Source: an uncultured bacterium (GTDB taxonomy: Bacteria > Acidobacteriota > Thermoanaerobaculia > Multivoradales > JAHZIX01). From it: a stretch of DNA of 64,000 nt. Each line of letters opens with the position of its first letter. The stretch's first letter is position 1. Of the stretch, positions 25,455 to 35,556 are shown in pieces. The DNA is taken from positions 128,001-192,000 of the forward strand of contig CBDUPA010000004.1 of assembly GCA_965368975.1 (NCBI GenBank). The letters run 5' to 3'. A program made the translations under genes and the position numbers. Under the pieces are notes generated by a model, which was not told the origin of the DNA, did not search any database, and saw only the letters and a program-made list of their open reading frames with translations.

Positions 25455-27185
25455 CTAGGTTGTAGTTGGTTCGGCTGATTTGTTTGGTTCGGTTGATTTG
25501 CTTGGTTCGGTTGGCGTATCTGGTGCGGTCTGCGCGGGGGTGCGAGATGTCGCTGTGGTGATGGTCGGACCTCGGCCGGCGGATCCTGGACTATACATCA
25601 TCGTCAGGATGGCCAGAAGCCAACAGCTCGCTGGTACGAGCCAGGGGGCGCGGGTATAGGGGCTGAGTCCGCTGGCCGAGCGATCGGCGTCGACACGGGC
25701 CCGTAGCGTGCCTTCTTCACCGGCGTCCAGATGGTCGACGATACTGCCGTCGGCGCCGATCACGGCCGAGATGCCGGTGATGGCGGCGCGCAGCAGGGGC
25801 CGACGATTCTCTGCGGCGCGGAAGCGGGCGGCACGGAAGTGCTGGGGCAGCGCGGCCGAGTCGCCGTACCAGGCATCGTTGCTGATGGTGACCAGCACGT
25901 CGGCGCCAGCGCGCACCTGCGCTGCGACCTGTGCCGGAAAGATGGCTTCGTAACAGATCGCGACACCCAGATCACTCGTCTGGCCGGTGGCCGTGCGCCA
26001 GGGCAGCAATCTGGGGTCGTTACCGGCTCGAAAGTTGCCGGCCGAGCGGGCGATCTTGCCGATGAAGGGTAGGATCTTGGCGAAGGGCACGTACTCGCCG
26101 AAGGGCACCAGGTGTTGCTTGTCGTAGCGGTGCAAGCCGCCGTCCACATTCAGGAGATAGGCCGCGTTGAAGACGTCATCTCCATCGCCGTAGGCGTTGG
26201 AGTTCAGCAGCACACCGCACTCACGCTGGTGGGCCAGGCGGTCGAGAGCCTGCCGGAGCTGTGTTCGTCCTCCGGCCTGTGCCTCCAGCACATAGGGCCA
26301 GCCGGCACTCTCGGGCCAGATCAAAAGGGCGCCGGAGACGTCGCACGCTTGCTCGGACATGCGTAGCATCTTGGTCAGGTTCTGCCGCGCCTGCTGGGCG
26401 TCGTAGTGTTGCATGTTGGGGATGTTGGGCTGGAGCACGCGCACCGGCATGGTGTTTCGGGCCGGCCCAGCTGCATCCTGGAAGCGGCCCTCCTCGAGGG
26501 CGGGGTCCTGCAACGTGGGGGTCGCCCACCGTCCGCCCAGGACGAGTAGCAGCACCGGTATCAGCAGGCCGAAGCCGGCCAGGCCGGCTCTGGCCGAGAA
26601 CCTTGCGCCCGCGGCTCTCTCCTGCTTGCGGTCGTATGCGGACAGCAGAGCCAGGGCCAGGCCGGTGTTGACAAGTACCAGCAGGTACGAGACGCCGTAG
26701 CTGCCGATCCAGGCACTGAGTGGCAAGGCACCGGGTACGTCCTCCCAGGCGTAGGCGGCGAGGTTCCAGGGGAAGCCGCTGAGGAGCCAGGAACGCAGCC
26801 ATTCGGCGCTCACCCACCAGGCCGGGATACCGAGCCAGGCGACCCAACCGCCGCGCCTCCAGACACTCCAGGCGCCGAAGGCGAAGATCAGCTGGTAGCT
26901 ACCCAGGTACAGGGCGAGCAGCACCATCAGCAGCCACGACAGTGCGGGCGACAGGCCACCGAAGCTGCCCAGGGTGTGTGTGATCCATGGAATCCCGACT
27001 AGCCAGCCCACCGTCGCGTGCAGCCACACCAGGAGCACCGCCTGCCGCCGTGGCCGTCCGAGCAGGGCGAGCAGCGGCACGAGCGCCACCCAGGACAAGT
27101 ACGTGCCCGGCTGCTTGCCGAAGCACAAGCCCCAGAGGGCTCCACCGACAAGGGCGGTCAGCAACCAGGGGAGCGTGCGCTTCAC
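25455..27185 (-). CDS. lnt: Apolipoprotein N-acyltransferase
   Basis: SGFPWN, QPNI, IWPES, YDKQHLVPFGEY, ICYEAIF, ISNDAWY, FRAAENRR. Confidence 0.96.
   Translation of the reverse strand: MKRTLPWLLTALVGGALWGLCFGKQPGTYLSWVALVPLLALLGRPRRQAVLLVWLHATVGWLVGIPWITHTLGSFGGLSPALSWLLMVLLALYLGSYQLIFAFGAWSVWRRGGWVAWLGIPAWWVSAEWLRSWLLSGFPWNLAAYAWEDVPGALPLSAWIGSYGVSYLLVLVNTGLALALLSAYDRKQERAAGARFSARAGLAGFGLLIPVLLLVLGGRWATPTLQDPALEEGRFQDAAGPARNTMPVRVLQPNIPNMQHYDAQQARQNLTKMLRMSEQACDVSGALLIWPESAGWPYVLEAQAGGRTQLRQALDRLAHQRECGVLLNSNAYGDGDDVFNAAYLLNVDGGLHRYDKQHLVPFGEYVPFAKILPFIGKIARSAGNFRAGNDPRLLPWRTATGQTSDLGVAICYEAIFPAQVAAQVRAGADVLVTISNDAWYGDSAALPQHFRAARFRAAENRRPLLRAAITGISAVIGADGSIVDHLDAGEEGTLRARVDADRSASGLSPYTRAPWLVPASCWLLAILTMMYSPGSAGRGPTITTATSRTPAQTAPDTPTEPSKSTEPNKSAEPTTT
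25466..25514 (-). repeat. 18-bp tandem repeat (about 2.7 copies) in the lnt 3' end
   Basis: TTGGTTCGGCTGATTTGT / TTGGTTCGGTTGATTTGC / TTGGTTCGGTTGG, encoding EPSKST-EPNKSA-EPTT. Confidence 0.8.
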
Positions 27186-27202
27186 GATGGGGGGGCTGGA
27201 GG

Positions 27203-27898
27203 CTACTGGGACGAGGTGATCCAGGTGTCGAGACGGAAGGTCACCTTGACCCGCTCGGCGATGCGTTCCGCGTCGCTACGGTCGATGAAGGGGCCGATGC
27301 GTACCCGGTACATGGTGCGATCGTCCACTTCCACGGGCGACAGGAAGGCACTGTAGCCCTTGTCGTTGAGCCGCCGACGTACCTTCTGGGCTTGTTCCTG
27401 GTCGGGGCTCGAGAACACCTGGATGAACAGCTCGTCCCCGGTTGGTGGTGGCGGAGGCCGGCGAGCAGTGGTGCGTGGCAAGGTTGCTGGTGGTTCTACG
27501 GCAGGCTCCACAGCTGGCTCCACGGGTGGTGGTGCTACGGCTGGGCTCGTCTCCTGTGTGGGCTGCGCCGGGGTGGTAGGTTCCGCGACAGGCTCCGGTT
27601 GTGGAGAGGGTGGTGGCGGTTCGATCCGGCGTGGTGGCGGAGGTGGTGGGGCGGTGGTCTCGCCTGCGCCTTCGCTCTCGGGCTCGAAGAAGCTGAACTG
27701 CTCCAGTGGGTCCTCTTCCTGGCTCGCCGGTTCGGCCGCGGCAGTCTGCGGCGGCGGCGGGGACACGCTGTCGCGGCCGATCCACAGGCCGGCGAAGAAG
27801 GCGGCCAGAAGACAGCCCAGCAGCAGCAGGAAAGCCGCCATCACCTGGCGGCTCGTCAAAGCGACTTCGTAATAACTCGGTTCGTCGTGCTCGCTCAC
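27203..27898 (-). CDS. SPOR-domain membrane protein (DedD/FtsN-like)
   Basis: Single TM, Pro-rich linker, FIQVFS...YRVRIGPF SPOR domain; GTG 27898 chosen as start. Confidence 0.9.
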   Translation of the reverse strand: MSEHDEPSYYEVALTSRQVMAAFLLLLGCLLAAFFAGLWIGRDSVSPPPPQTAAAEPASQEEDPLEQFSFFEPESEGAGETTAPPPPPPRRIEPPPPSPQPEPVAEPTTPAQPTQETSPAVAPPPVEPAVEPAVEPPATLPRTTARRPPPPPTGDELFIQVFSSPDQEQAQKVRRRLNDKGYSAFLSPVEVDDRTMYRVRIGPFIDRSDAERIAERVKVTFRLDTWITSSQ

Positions 27899-27959
27899 GC
27901 GGCCCAGTATAGCCGGCAGGGTAGCCAATAGTCACGGCCTGACCCTGGTGGTTCGATAC

Positions 27960-29156
27960 CTACGACTCGGAGGGGACGTTCTCCGAGACGGGAGCCTCGA
28001 CGACCGGGAGCTTGGGCAGCGGTGGCAGCGGTTCCATTCTCTGCACTACCACCAGGCTGACATCGTCGCGTAGCGGTTCGTTGCCCATGTATCCATGAAA
28101 GGCGTCGACCAGACCGCGGTGGGCTTGGTCCGCAGTGACGCTGGCGGCCAGGATGTGCCGCAGGCGCTCGAAGCCGAAGTCGTCCTGGCCCGGGTCGACG
28201 GTGGCTTCCGGCAGGCCATCGGTGTAGAGCAGGAGCAGGTCGCCGGGAAGCAGGCGGGTCGAACCGGTGGTCAGCTGGAGTTCCTTGCGCACGCCCAGCG
28301 GCAGCGCGCCGCGCCCCAACTCCTCGACCTCGCCGCTGGTTGCGCGTCGCACCATCGGGAAGGGATGGCCGGCACTCACGAAATCGAGGGTGCCGTGTTC
28401 TGGGTCGAGAAGGCCGTAGAAGAGCGTCACGAAGGAGCGGCGATCGCTGGTGCGTACCAACGCCCTGTTGACCAGCTCGACCACTTTCAGTGGTTCGGGA
28501 TCGAGGTCGATGCCGAGCTTCAGCGTGGCGTTGGTGATCGCCATCAGTAGCCCGGCCGCCATGCCGTGACCGCTGGCGTCAGCGATCACCAGTGCCCAGC
28601 GGCCATCGTCGAGGGGGAGGAAGTCGTAGTAGTCGCCGCCGATGTCGTTGGCGGTGCGGTAGGAGTGTTCGAAGACGTAGCCGGAGATGGGAGGGGAGTG
28701 CTGCGGTAGCAGCTGACGCTGCAACTGCCGTGCGACCTCGATCTCGTCGCGCACGTGGACGCGGTCCACGAGTTCGAGCGATAGCAGGAAGAGCAGGCCG
28801 GAGATGCTGATCATGTACCAGATGGGCGAAAAGTCGATCCTGATGCCGGAGCTCAGCTCCGCCACCTGCACAAAGATGAAACCGCAGGCTGCCGCCGCCA
28901 GAGACAGCACAAAGAGCATGCGTCGTGCGGGTGTCAGCTTGAACGATAGGCCAAGGAACACCAGCTTGACGCGGTGGAAGAAGCGCTGCACGGGCTCTTG
29001 CGGCTCGGGCTGCTGCTGTTCGCGGGTGAGCACCGCGTAGACGTGTGAGACGTCGCGATTGAACAGGCGGCGCAAATCGTGACTGTCGAAGCCATCTGTG
29101 TAGGCGCTCAGAAAGCTCTGGGAGTCTTGCGCCAATTTTCGTAGTCTGCGGGCCAT
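27960..29156 (-). CDS. PP2C/SpoIIE (RsbU-like) phosphatase with two TM helices
   Basis: ARQLQRQLLP, IGGDYYD, ADASGHG, SAGHP, YTDGLPE, DDVSLV. Confidence 0.93.
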   Translation of the reverse strand: MARRLRKLAQDSQSFLSAYTDGFDSHDLRRLFNRDVSHVYAVLTREQQQPEPQEPVQRFFHRVKLVFLGLSFKLTPARRMLFVLSLAAAACGFIFVQVAELSSGIRIDFSPIWYMISISGLLFLLSLELVDRVHVRDEIEVARQLQRQLLPQHSPPISGYVFEHSYRTANDIGGDYYDFLPLDDGRWALVIADASGHGMAAGLLMAITNATLKLGIDLDPEPLKVVELVNRALVRTSDRRSFVTLFYGLLDPEHGTLDFVSAGHPFPMVRRATSGEVEELGRGALPLGVRKELQLTTGSTRLLPGDLLLLYTDGLPEATVDPGQDDFGFERLRHILAASVTADQAHRGLVDAFHGYMGNEPLRDDVSLVVVQRMEPLPPLPKLPVVEAPVSENVPSES

Positions 29157-29175
29157 AGATCGTCCCTGGCGCGGC

Positions 29176-29982
29176 TCAGCCGTAACCGAGTTCCGTGCGC
29201 GGTGGTGGATCAGTACTGGGGCGTGGCCGGTACAGACCGGCCCACTGCAAGCTGAGCAGGGTCAGATAGAGCGGGTTGAGCAGGAGGTAGCGGCGCCACA
29301 GCCGGCGTGGCTCCTGCAGCAGGCGGAACAGCCATTCCAGGCCACGCTTCTGCCAGCCGGAAGGGGCCTGTGGCAAGCGCCCGGCGTGGAAGTCGAAAGC
29401 GGCGCCGACGGCGAGCAGCGGCATGCGCAGGCGGTCGCGGTACTCGAACACCCAGGTCTCTTGACGCGGACAGCCGAGTCCGACCAGCACCAGGGCCGCG
29501 CCGCTGTCGCGGATCTGCCGCACGATGTCGTCGCGCTCGTCGGCGCTGGTGCGGCGGAAGCGCGACGGTTGCTTGCCGGCCAGGCGCAGGCCGGGGATGC
29601 GAGCGGTCAGGTTGGCAGCCAGGTCGTCGAGCACTGCCTGCCGGCTACCGTAGAGGTAGACCGGCAGTGCCTCTGCTGCTGCGGCGGCGCACACTTCGAG
29701 CGTCAAGGCCGGGCCGTAGACGCGATCCGGCAAGTCTGCGCCGTGTAGACGCTGCAGTGCCCAGCGCACCGGCTGACCGTCCGGTACCACCAGGTCGAGG
29801 TGGTTCAGGCGATAGCGTTGCTCATGGTCGAGCACGCCGGTCATCACGCCGTGCACCGCCAGGGCCGTCAGTGCCAGTGGCCGCCGCTCTTGCGCCGCCG
29901 CCATCACGCGCGCCACTGCCGCCTCGTAGTCGACCGCGTCGACGCCAATGCCGAGCACGTCGTGACGGCCGAGGTCGATCAC
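29176..29982 (-). CDS. WecB/TagA/CpsF family glycosyltransferase
   Basis: [50 protein letters not shown]. Confidence 0.95.
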   Translation of the reverse strand: MIDLGRHDVLGIGVDAVDYEAAVARVMAAAQERRPLALTALAVHGVMTGVLDHEQRYRLNHLDLVVPDGQPVRWALQRLHGADLPDRVYGPALTLEVCAAAAAEALPVYLYGSRQAVLDDLAANLTARIPGLRLAGKQPSRFRRTSADERDDIVRQIRDSGAALVLVGLGCPRQETWVFEYRDRLRMPLLAVGAAFDFHAGRLPQAPSGWQKRGLEWLFRLLQEPRRLWRRYLLLNPLYLTLLSLQWAGLYRPRPSTDPPPRTELGYG

Positions 29983-31130
29983 GCCGCGTCTCCCTCAGGT
30001 TGCGGGGGCGGTGCGCCCTGCTGCCGCTCGCTGTGCCCTCTTTCCGCGTGCCATCTTTCCGCGTTGTGCTCATAGATCTGGCGCAGGATGGCCGGTACGT
30101 CGAAAGTCAGCTGCCAGTTTGGATAGTGTGTCTCGAACTTGCCGTTGTCGCTGATCCACCAGATGTGATCTCCGACGCGGTTGTCCTCCGCGTAGCCGTG
30201 GCGCAGCTCGCGGCCGGTGATGTCTTGGCACAGCTCGATCGCCTCGCGCATCGAGCAGTTGCTAAAACGGCCGCCGCCGATGTTGTAGACCTCGCCGCGC
30301 GGTGCTTCTCCGCGTCCACCATGGCACGCTCGGAAGACGGCGTCGAAGGCACGCACCAGGTCGTAGCTGTGGATGTTGTCGCGCACTTGCTTGCCTTGGT
30401 AGCCGTAGACCGTGTAGGGCGCGCCGGTCACCGTGCAGCGCATCAGGTAGGCCAGGAAACCGTGCAGCTGTGTGCCGCTGTGATTCGGCCCGGTAAGGCA
30501 GCCGCCGCGGAAGCAGGCGGTGTGCAGGTCGAAGTAGCGCCCATATTCCTGTACGAGAACGTCGGCCGCTAGTTTGGACACGCCGAACAGACTGTGCAGG
30601 CTCTGGTCGATCGGCATCTCTTCACTGATGCCGCCAGCGAAGCGGTGATCCGCCGCGATCTCCCAGCGCGTCTCCTGCTCGACGAGTGGCAGGCGGTTGG
30701 GCGTGTCGCCGTAGACCTTGTTGGTCGAGGTGAAGAGGAAGACCGCGCGCGGGCAATGGCGGCGCACGGCTTCGAGCAGGTTCAACGTGCCCACCGCGTT
30801 GACGCCGAAGTCGGTGTGCGGTTCCTTGGCGGCCCAATCGTGCGATGGCTGCGCCGCCGTGTGGATCACCAACTCGATGGCACTGCCACATTCGCCCAGC
30901 AAGCGATGCAGCGCATCGATGTCGCGGATGTCCAGGTCGGCGTGACGGTAGCGGCGGCCGAGTCGTTGCTGCAGGCGCTGGCGATTCCAAGCGGTCGAGG
31001 CTTCATCGCCGAAGAACACCCGGCGCAGGTCGTTGTCGATGCCGACCACGTCGAGCCCCTGCTCGGCGAAGTACACCGCGGCTTCAGAGCCAATGAGTCC
31101 GGCCGAGCCGGTGATGAGGACGATCGCCAT
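29979..31130 (-). CDS. NAD-dependent sugar epimerase/dehydratase (CDP-paratose 2-epimerase-like)
   Basis: [41 protein letters not shown]. Confidence 0.93.
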   Translation of the reverse strand: MAIVLITGSAGLIGSEAAVYFAEQGLDVVGIDNDLRRVFFGDEASTAWNRQRLQQRLGRRYRHADLDIRDIDALHRLLGECGSAIELVIHTAAQPSHDWAAKEPHTDFGVNAVGTLNLLEAVRRHCPRAVFLFTSTNKVYGDTPNRLPLVEQETRWEIAADHRFAGGISEEMPIDQSLHSLFGVSKLAADVLVQEYGRYFDLHTACFRGGCLTGPNHSGTQLHGFLAYLMRCTVTGAPYTVYGYQGKQVRDNIHSYDLVRAFDAVFRACHGGRGEAPRGEVYNIGGGRFSNCSMREAIELCQDITGRELRHGYAEDNRVGDHIWWISDNGKFETHYPNWQLTFDVPAILRQIYEHNAERWHAERGHSERQQGAPPPQPEGDAA

Positions 31131-31139
31131 CGCGCGTCC

Positions 31140-33140
31140 TCAATTCCCCTGCCTTGCGGCGCCCACATCGGGACGCAGCACGCCAGACTCGGGAGGTGGT
31201 GCCGTCATCGGTGTTCGCGTAGGCTGCTGTCGTAGCAGTTCCGGCCACGGGCGCGATGTCGGTTGCAGCCGGCGCAGGCTGTAGGTGCCGTCGACGAAGG
31301 CGAAGAAGCCCCAGGCGCTGCGCTCGGGGAAGTGCCGCTGCCAGAACTCGAGTGCAGCGCGGAACTCCTGCGCATTCTTGGGGCCGGCGGCGAAGACGAC
31401 TGGATCCGGGCAGGGGCGCGCGGGGTCCAGGCAGGCGGGCGACGGTGGCGGTGCATAGTAGGCCCAAGAGACGTGATTCTGTGGGTGCACCATGAAGTAG
31501 GTGAAGATCAGCGCTGGTTCGCTGCTGTGTCCGTCCTGAGACTGTCCGTCGCGCGCGTTCCGCACCTGTTGCAGGTGCAGCTGCTGGTAGACCGTGCGCC
31601 ACGTCCGAACCGAGTGACCGATCTCGCTCACGTTCACCGGCAGGAAGCTCAGGCACGCCACCAGCGTTCCAGCCAGCGCTGTCGCCACAGTCGCGCGTCG
31701 ACCCCACGGCAGCGCGGCACTTTCCAACCAACGGCCCAAGCGCATCAAGGCAGCGGCCGTTGCCAGCGCCAGCAGCGGGACGATCTCGGCGAGGTAGATC
31801 GGCCCCGTCGTCGCCACCACCGTCTTCGGTACCAGCACACGGTAGCCGTAGTCGGCTAGGATCAGGCCCCAAAAAGCCCACAGGTACCAACCTCGTCCGT
31901 CTGAGCGCAAGCGGGCAAAGGGCACGAAGAGCAGCGACAATGGCCAGCCGAAGAGCCAGAAGTTCTGCCGCAAGAGACCCCCGCCGACGGAGACCGCCAT
32001 GCGTCCGTCCCGGTTGTCGAGCAGACCCAGGCCACCGTGCTGTTCGTGGTAGCCGGTGGTCAGGGTTTCGCCGGTTTGCTGGCCGTTGACCCACAGCAGG
32101 ACCAGGCCGCAGACCAGCACCGGCAGGCCGGCGAGCAGCAGCAAGTGCAGGCGTCGCGCTACCTGCTGCCGCCAACTTCCCGCGTCCGACTTCAAGCCAC
32201 AGAGCAGGAACGCCAGCGCCGCGACGGCCAGGAAGAGCACACTGGGCAACGGTCGCACCAGCACGCCGAAGCCCCAGGCCAGCCCCCCGAGCAGCGCCCA
32301 ACGCGTCGCGGTGGCCGGATTCTCCTCCATGCGCAGCATGGCCCACAGGCCGAGCAACATGCAGGCGCCGCACGCCGGCTGCGAGAGGTCGGTGGCGCCG
32401 GTGAGCACGAATTGCGGCGACACCACCAGCAACGCCGCGCCGAGCACCGCTTCCAGCTCACCGAAGAAACGTCGCCCGATTGCCCACGTCAGCACCAGCG
32501 CCAAGCACGACAGCAGTGGTACTACCAAGAACCGCGCCGCCACCGCCTCGCCGACCGCGAGCAAGAGGGGATGGCCGATCGGATACTTGCCGTACCAGCC
32601 GGCGGTGTTGTGCAGGATGAAGCGGTAGTCGAGAAAGGCGTAGTCGGCTTCCGGCACTGCCTCGGGCGTCGGTGTCGTAACCCGGCCGTCGAGCAGCGTC
32701 TGGGCGATGAAGCGGTAGGTGCTCTCGTCGTCGGTGAGCGGCGAGTTCTGGAACAGCTGGAAGCGGACGCCCAGTGTCAAGACGAGCAACAAGCCGCACG
32801 TCACGCCGAGCGTCAACTTTGGTCGCTGGGTTGCCTTGTGCAGCACGGCCAGCAATGCGGCTGGGATGGACGTCTGCAGCAGCGCCAGCGTCGTGAAGAC
32901 CATCGCCAGGCTGCCGAAGACGAAGTACCAGAGCAGGAACACCATCTCCTGCGGTGGAATCGTCGTGACCCCGTCACCGTAGGCCAAGTGATGGCCGCCG
33001 GTGTACAGCCCCGCATCCCAGAAGCCGCGCAGGCTCAGGGCTGCCAGCAGCAGATACAAACACAGCCGGGCGAGCCGCGAGCGGCGGGCAGCGTCAGATT
33101 CCGAGGCCGTGCCAGAAGCTGTTTCAGAGTGCTCGTTCAC
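31140..33140 (-). CDS. GT-C-type (ArnT/PMT-like) membrane glycosyltransferase
   Basis: Many TM segments; TDDESTY acidic loop and GKYPIGHPLLLA; lies in the glycan operon. Confidence 0.78.
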   Translation of the reverse strand: MNEHSETASGTASESDAARRSRLARLCLYLLLAALSLRGFWDAGLYTGGHHLAYGDGVTTIPPQEMVFLLWYFVFGSLAMVFTTLALLQTSIPAALLAVLHKATQRPKLTLGVTCGLLLVLTLGVRFQLFQNSPLTDDESTYRFIAQTLLDGRVTTPTPEAVPEADYAFLDYRFILHNTAGWYGKYPIGHPLLLAVGEAVAARFLVVPLLSCLALVLTWAIGRRFFGELEAVLGAALLVVSPQFVLTGATDLSQPACGACMLLGLWAMLRMEENPATATRWALLGGLAWGFGVLVRPLPSVLFLAVAALAFLLCGLKSDAGSWRQQVARRLHLLLLAGLPVLVCGLVLLWVNGQQTGETLTTGYHEQHGGLGLLDNRDGRMAVSVGGGLLRQNFWLFGWPLSLLFVPFARLRSDGRGWYLWAFWGLILADYGYRVLVPKTVVATTGPIYLAEIVPLLALATAAALMRLGRWLESAALPWGRRATVATALAGTLVACLSFLPVNVSEIGHSVRTWRTVYQQLHLQQVRNARDGQSQDGHSSEPALIFTYFMVHPQNHVSWAYYAPPPSPACLDPARPCPDPVVFAAGPKNAQEFRAALEFWQRHFPERSAWGFFAFVDGTYSLRRLQPTSRPWPELLRQQPTRTPMTAPPPESGVLRPDVGAARQGN

Positions 33141-33215
33141 CCTCCAAGACTACCAGGGTCCGGAACACCGAGAGTGGATTTGCCCGTCAAGTTGAACTTC
33201 TGGCAGGCTTCGAGC

Positions 33216-33380
33216 ATGGCGACCTTCAAAGACCATTTCTCGACCCAGGCAGATACCTACACGCAATCCCCCCCCCCCAGTACCTACCCCCACCAGTGCC
33301 TACCCCCACCAGTGCCTACCCCCACCAGTGCCTACCCTGCGGCGCAGCCGCCTCCGGATCCCCTACGGCCGAGCCGTTAG
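33216..33380 (+). pseudogene. Remnant of class I SAM-dependent methyltransferase (N-terminus only)
   Basis: MATFKDHFSTQADTY...STYP resembles the FKDHFS..A..Y...RP.YP N-terminus of a common methyltransferase family, then runs into poly-C and tandem repeats. Confidence 0.55.
33268..33337. repeat. C11 tract plus 16-bp tandem repeat (CCAGTRCCTACCCCCA, about 3.8 copies)
   Basis: C11 at 33268-33278; units start at 33277, 33293, 33309 and 33325. Confidence 0.92.
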
Positions 33381-34328
33381 CCCGACGCCCGGCAGCCCGA
33401 CCCCCGGTGCCGGACGCTCGCGCAGCACGTCGCGACGGAAGCTGAACAGCTCTGCTGGCCGGCCCCCCGTGTGGGTGTCCAGGCGGCCGGTGCCCTCGAC
33501 CAGGCCACCGCGTTCGACCAGGCGGCGGAAGTTCTGCTTGTGCAACTCGACGCCGCTCAAGGCTTCCACCACGCGTTGCAGCTGCAGCAGGGTGAACTCC
33601 GGCGGCAGGAGCTCGAAGACGACAGGACGATACTTGATCTTGCCGCGCAGACGGCCGAGAGCGGTGGACAGGATGCGTCTGTGGTCGAGGGCGAGGGGAT
33701 GTCCCAGGGGATCCGCCGGTGGAACGTCGCCGTGGTCGCGGTGGGCTTCGGCGGTGAGGCCCATTTCGTAGAGCAACTCGTAGCGGTCGAGCACACGCTC
33801 GCCGTCCCAGCTGGCGCCGCCGAGGCCGAAGGCAATGTCGGTGCGCTCGCGGCGCAGGCGGCGGAGGTCGTCTTCGGCTTCCTGGACCCAGTCTCGGATC
33901 GCCGGCACGATCGCTGCGTCGAGAACCGGAGGTCGACCGTGGCGCCAGTCTTCCCAGGGGAAGTAGCGGTAGATGTCCTGCCAGCCAGCGTGGTCCGTTG
34001 CCCGCTCTGACTCCACCAACAAGCCGAGGTAGGCGATCGAGATGACGCGCGGACCGGTGGGGCCGCGGCGAGCGCGGTCACCGAAGGTGTAGAGCTGTTC
34101 GACGTAGCCGAGCTCCAAACCGGTCTGCTCGCGCACCCAGCCGCGCAGTCCCAGCTCCAGCGTGCGGTCGCGCTTGGGGTCGAGCGGGCCGAAGGGCAGG
34201 GCTTCGCCGTCGAGGTCGCCCGCGTCCGGCCGGTGGACGATGAGGATGCGGGGTTGTTCGCGCGTGACCGCGACGATGACGGCGTTGAGGTCGATGACCA
34301 CGGGCTGGGCGGCGAGGGATTGCATCAC
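33363..34328 (-). CDS. Nudix-related transcriptional regulator (NadQ/NrtR-like)
   Basis: LPFGP...RTLELGLRGWVREQTG, YVEQLYTFGDR, DHRRIL, FTLLQLQ, LHKQNFRR, GGRPAELF. Confidence 0.88.
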   Translation of the reverse strand: MMQSLAAQPVVIDLNAVIVAVTREQPRILIVHRPDAGDLDGEALPFGPLDPKRDRTLELGLRGWVREQTGLELGYVEQLYTFGDRARRGPTGPRVISIAYLGLLVESERATDHAGWQDIYRYFPWEDWRHGRPPVLDAAIVPAIRDWVQEAEDDLRRLRRERTDIAFGLGGASWDGERVLDRYELLYEMGLTAEAHRDHGDVPPADPLGHPLALDHRRILSTALGRLRGKIKYRPVVFELLPPEFTLLQLQRVVEALSGVELHKQNFRRLVERGGLVEGTGRLDTHTGGRPAELFSFRRDVLRERPAPGVGLPGVGLTARP

Positions 34329-34337
34329 CCAACCATT

Positions 34338-35429
34338 CTAAGCTGCCACGACCCCCGCACCCAGACATTCCTCATCGGCGTAGAAGACAGCGAACTGCCC
34401 CTCTGCGATGCCAGGGTCGCTGGTTTCCAGCAGAACCCGCAGCCGTCCGGGAGCATCGCTGGCGCGCAGGCTGCAGGGCAGCAGTTGCGGGCCGTGGCGC
34501 AGCTTGACGTGCAGCTGTTCCTCCAGCTTGGGCGGCGAGGAACCCAGCCAGTGCAGGTCGTCGATCTCGAACTCTGAGCGTTCAACATCCTGCAGGTGCT
34601 CGCGGTGGGAGACCCACAGGACGTTGGCGTCCACGTCCTTGCGCACGACATACCAGGGGCCACCGGACAGGCCGAGGCCGCGGCGCTGGCCGATGGTGGC
34701 GAACCAGTAACCGCGATGTTCACCGAGGACGCGTCCAGTTTCCAGCTCGCGAATCTCGCCTGGCCGTTCACCCAGGTGGTGGCGGACGAAGTCGTCAAAG
34801 GGGATCTGGCCGAGAAAGCAAATGCCCTGGCTGTCGGGACGCTCCTGGTTGGGCAGGTCGTAGTTTGCGGCCAGCCGGCGCACTTCGGCCTTGGTGTAGG
34901 GGCCGAGCGGGAAGCGGCAGCGCTGCAGTTGTGCCTGAGTGAGCCGGCTGAGAAAGTAGGTCTGATCCTTGATCGGGTCGGGACTGCGCAGCAAGTGGAC
35001 GCTGCCAGCCGGGTCCAGCCACAGCTGTGCATAGTGGCCCGAAGCAACAGACTCGAAAGCCCCTTCTGACTCGCTGGTGGCCAGCGCGTCGACGTGCTCC
35101 AGGAAGGTGCCGAACTTGATCCGTCGGTTGCACAGGACGTCCGAGCTGGGGGTGCGGCCGGCGCGCAACTCGTCGAGGGTGTAGGCGACGATGCGCTGCT
35201 GGTACTCGCGCTGCATGGGTACCACGTGCAGGGGCACTCCTGCTTGCTCGCACACGGCACGGGCGTAGCGCAGATCCTCTTCCCACGGGCAATCGCCGAG
35301 AAAGGCCAGCTCGTCCTCGAGCCAGATCTTGAGGTAGAAGGCCTGGACATCGAGCTGAGGCTCTTCGAGCAGCAGTCGAAGCGCCACGGAACTGTCGACA
35401 CCACCGGAAAGCAGCATGGCCACGCGCAT
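34338..35429 (-). CDS. mnmA: tRNA 2-thiouridine(34) synthase
   Basis: SGGVDSS, TPSSDVLCNRRIKFG, ASGHYA, KDQTYFL, DSQGICF, TIGQRRG. Confidence 0.96.
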   Translation of the reverse strand: MRVAMLLSGGVDSSVALRLLLEEPQLDVQAFYLKIWLEDELAFLGDCPWEEDLRYARAVCEQAGVPLHVVPMQREYQQRIVAYTLDELRAGRTPSSDVLCNRRIKFGTFLEHVDALATSESEGAFESVASGHYAQLWLDPAGSVHLLRSPDPIKDQTYFLSRLTQAQLQRCRFPLGPYTKAEVRRLAANYDLPNQERPDSQGICFLGQIPFDDFVRHHLGERPGEIRELETGRVLGEHRGYWFATIGQRRGLGLSGGPWYVVRKDVDANVLWVSHREHLQDVERSEFEIDDLHWLGSSPPKLEEQLHVKLRHGPQLLPCSLRASDAPGRLRVLLETSDPGIAEGQFAVFYADEECLGAGVVAA

Positions 35430-35556
35430 GCTCTGATGCTACTTCACGTCGCAGTGTCGGGGCACAGTCTGTGCCTGCAGCCTGTGTCGGCGGGTTCGTG
35501 ATAAGCTCCTGCGGCATATTCCACGTCAAGAACCACATGCTAGGAGACCCTCCGCG

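Noticed and set aside
32037-33215. Upstream part of the 447-aa ORF 32037-33380
   Set aside because: Antisense to the GT-C gene; only the part from ATG 33216 resembles a real protein start.
33277-33337. Possible CRISPR array
   Set aside because: Contiguous 16-bp units with no spacers, and no cas genes.
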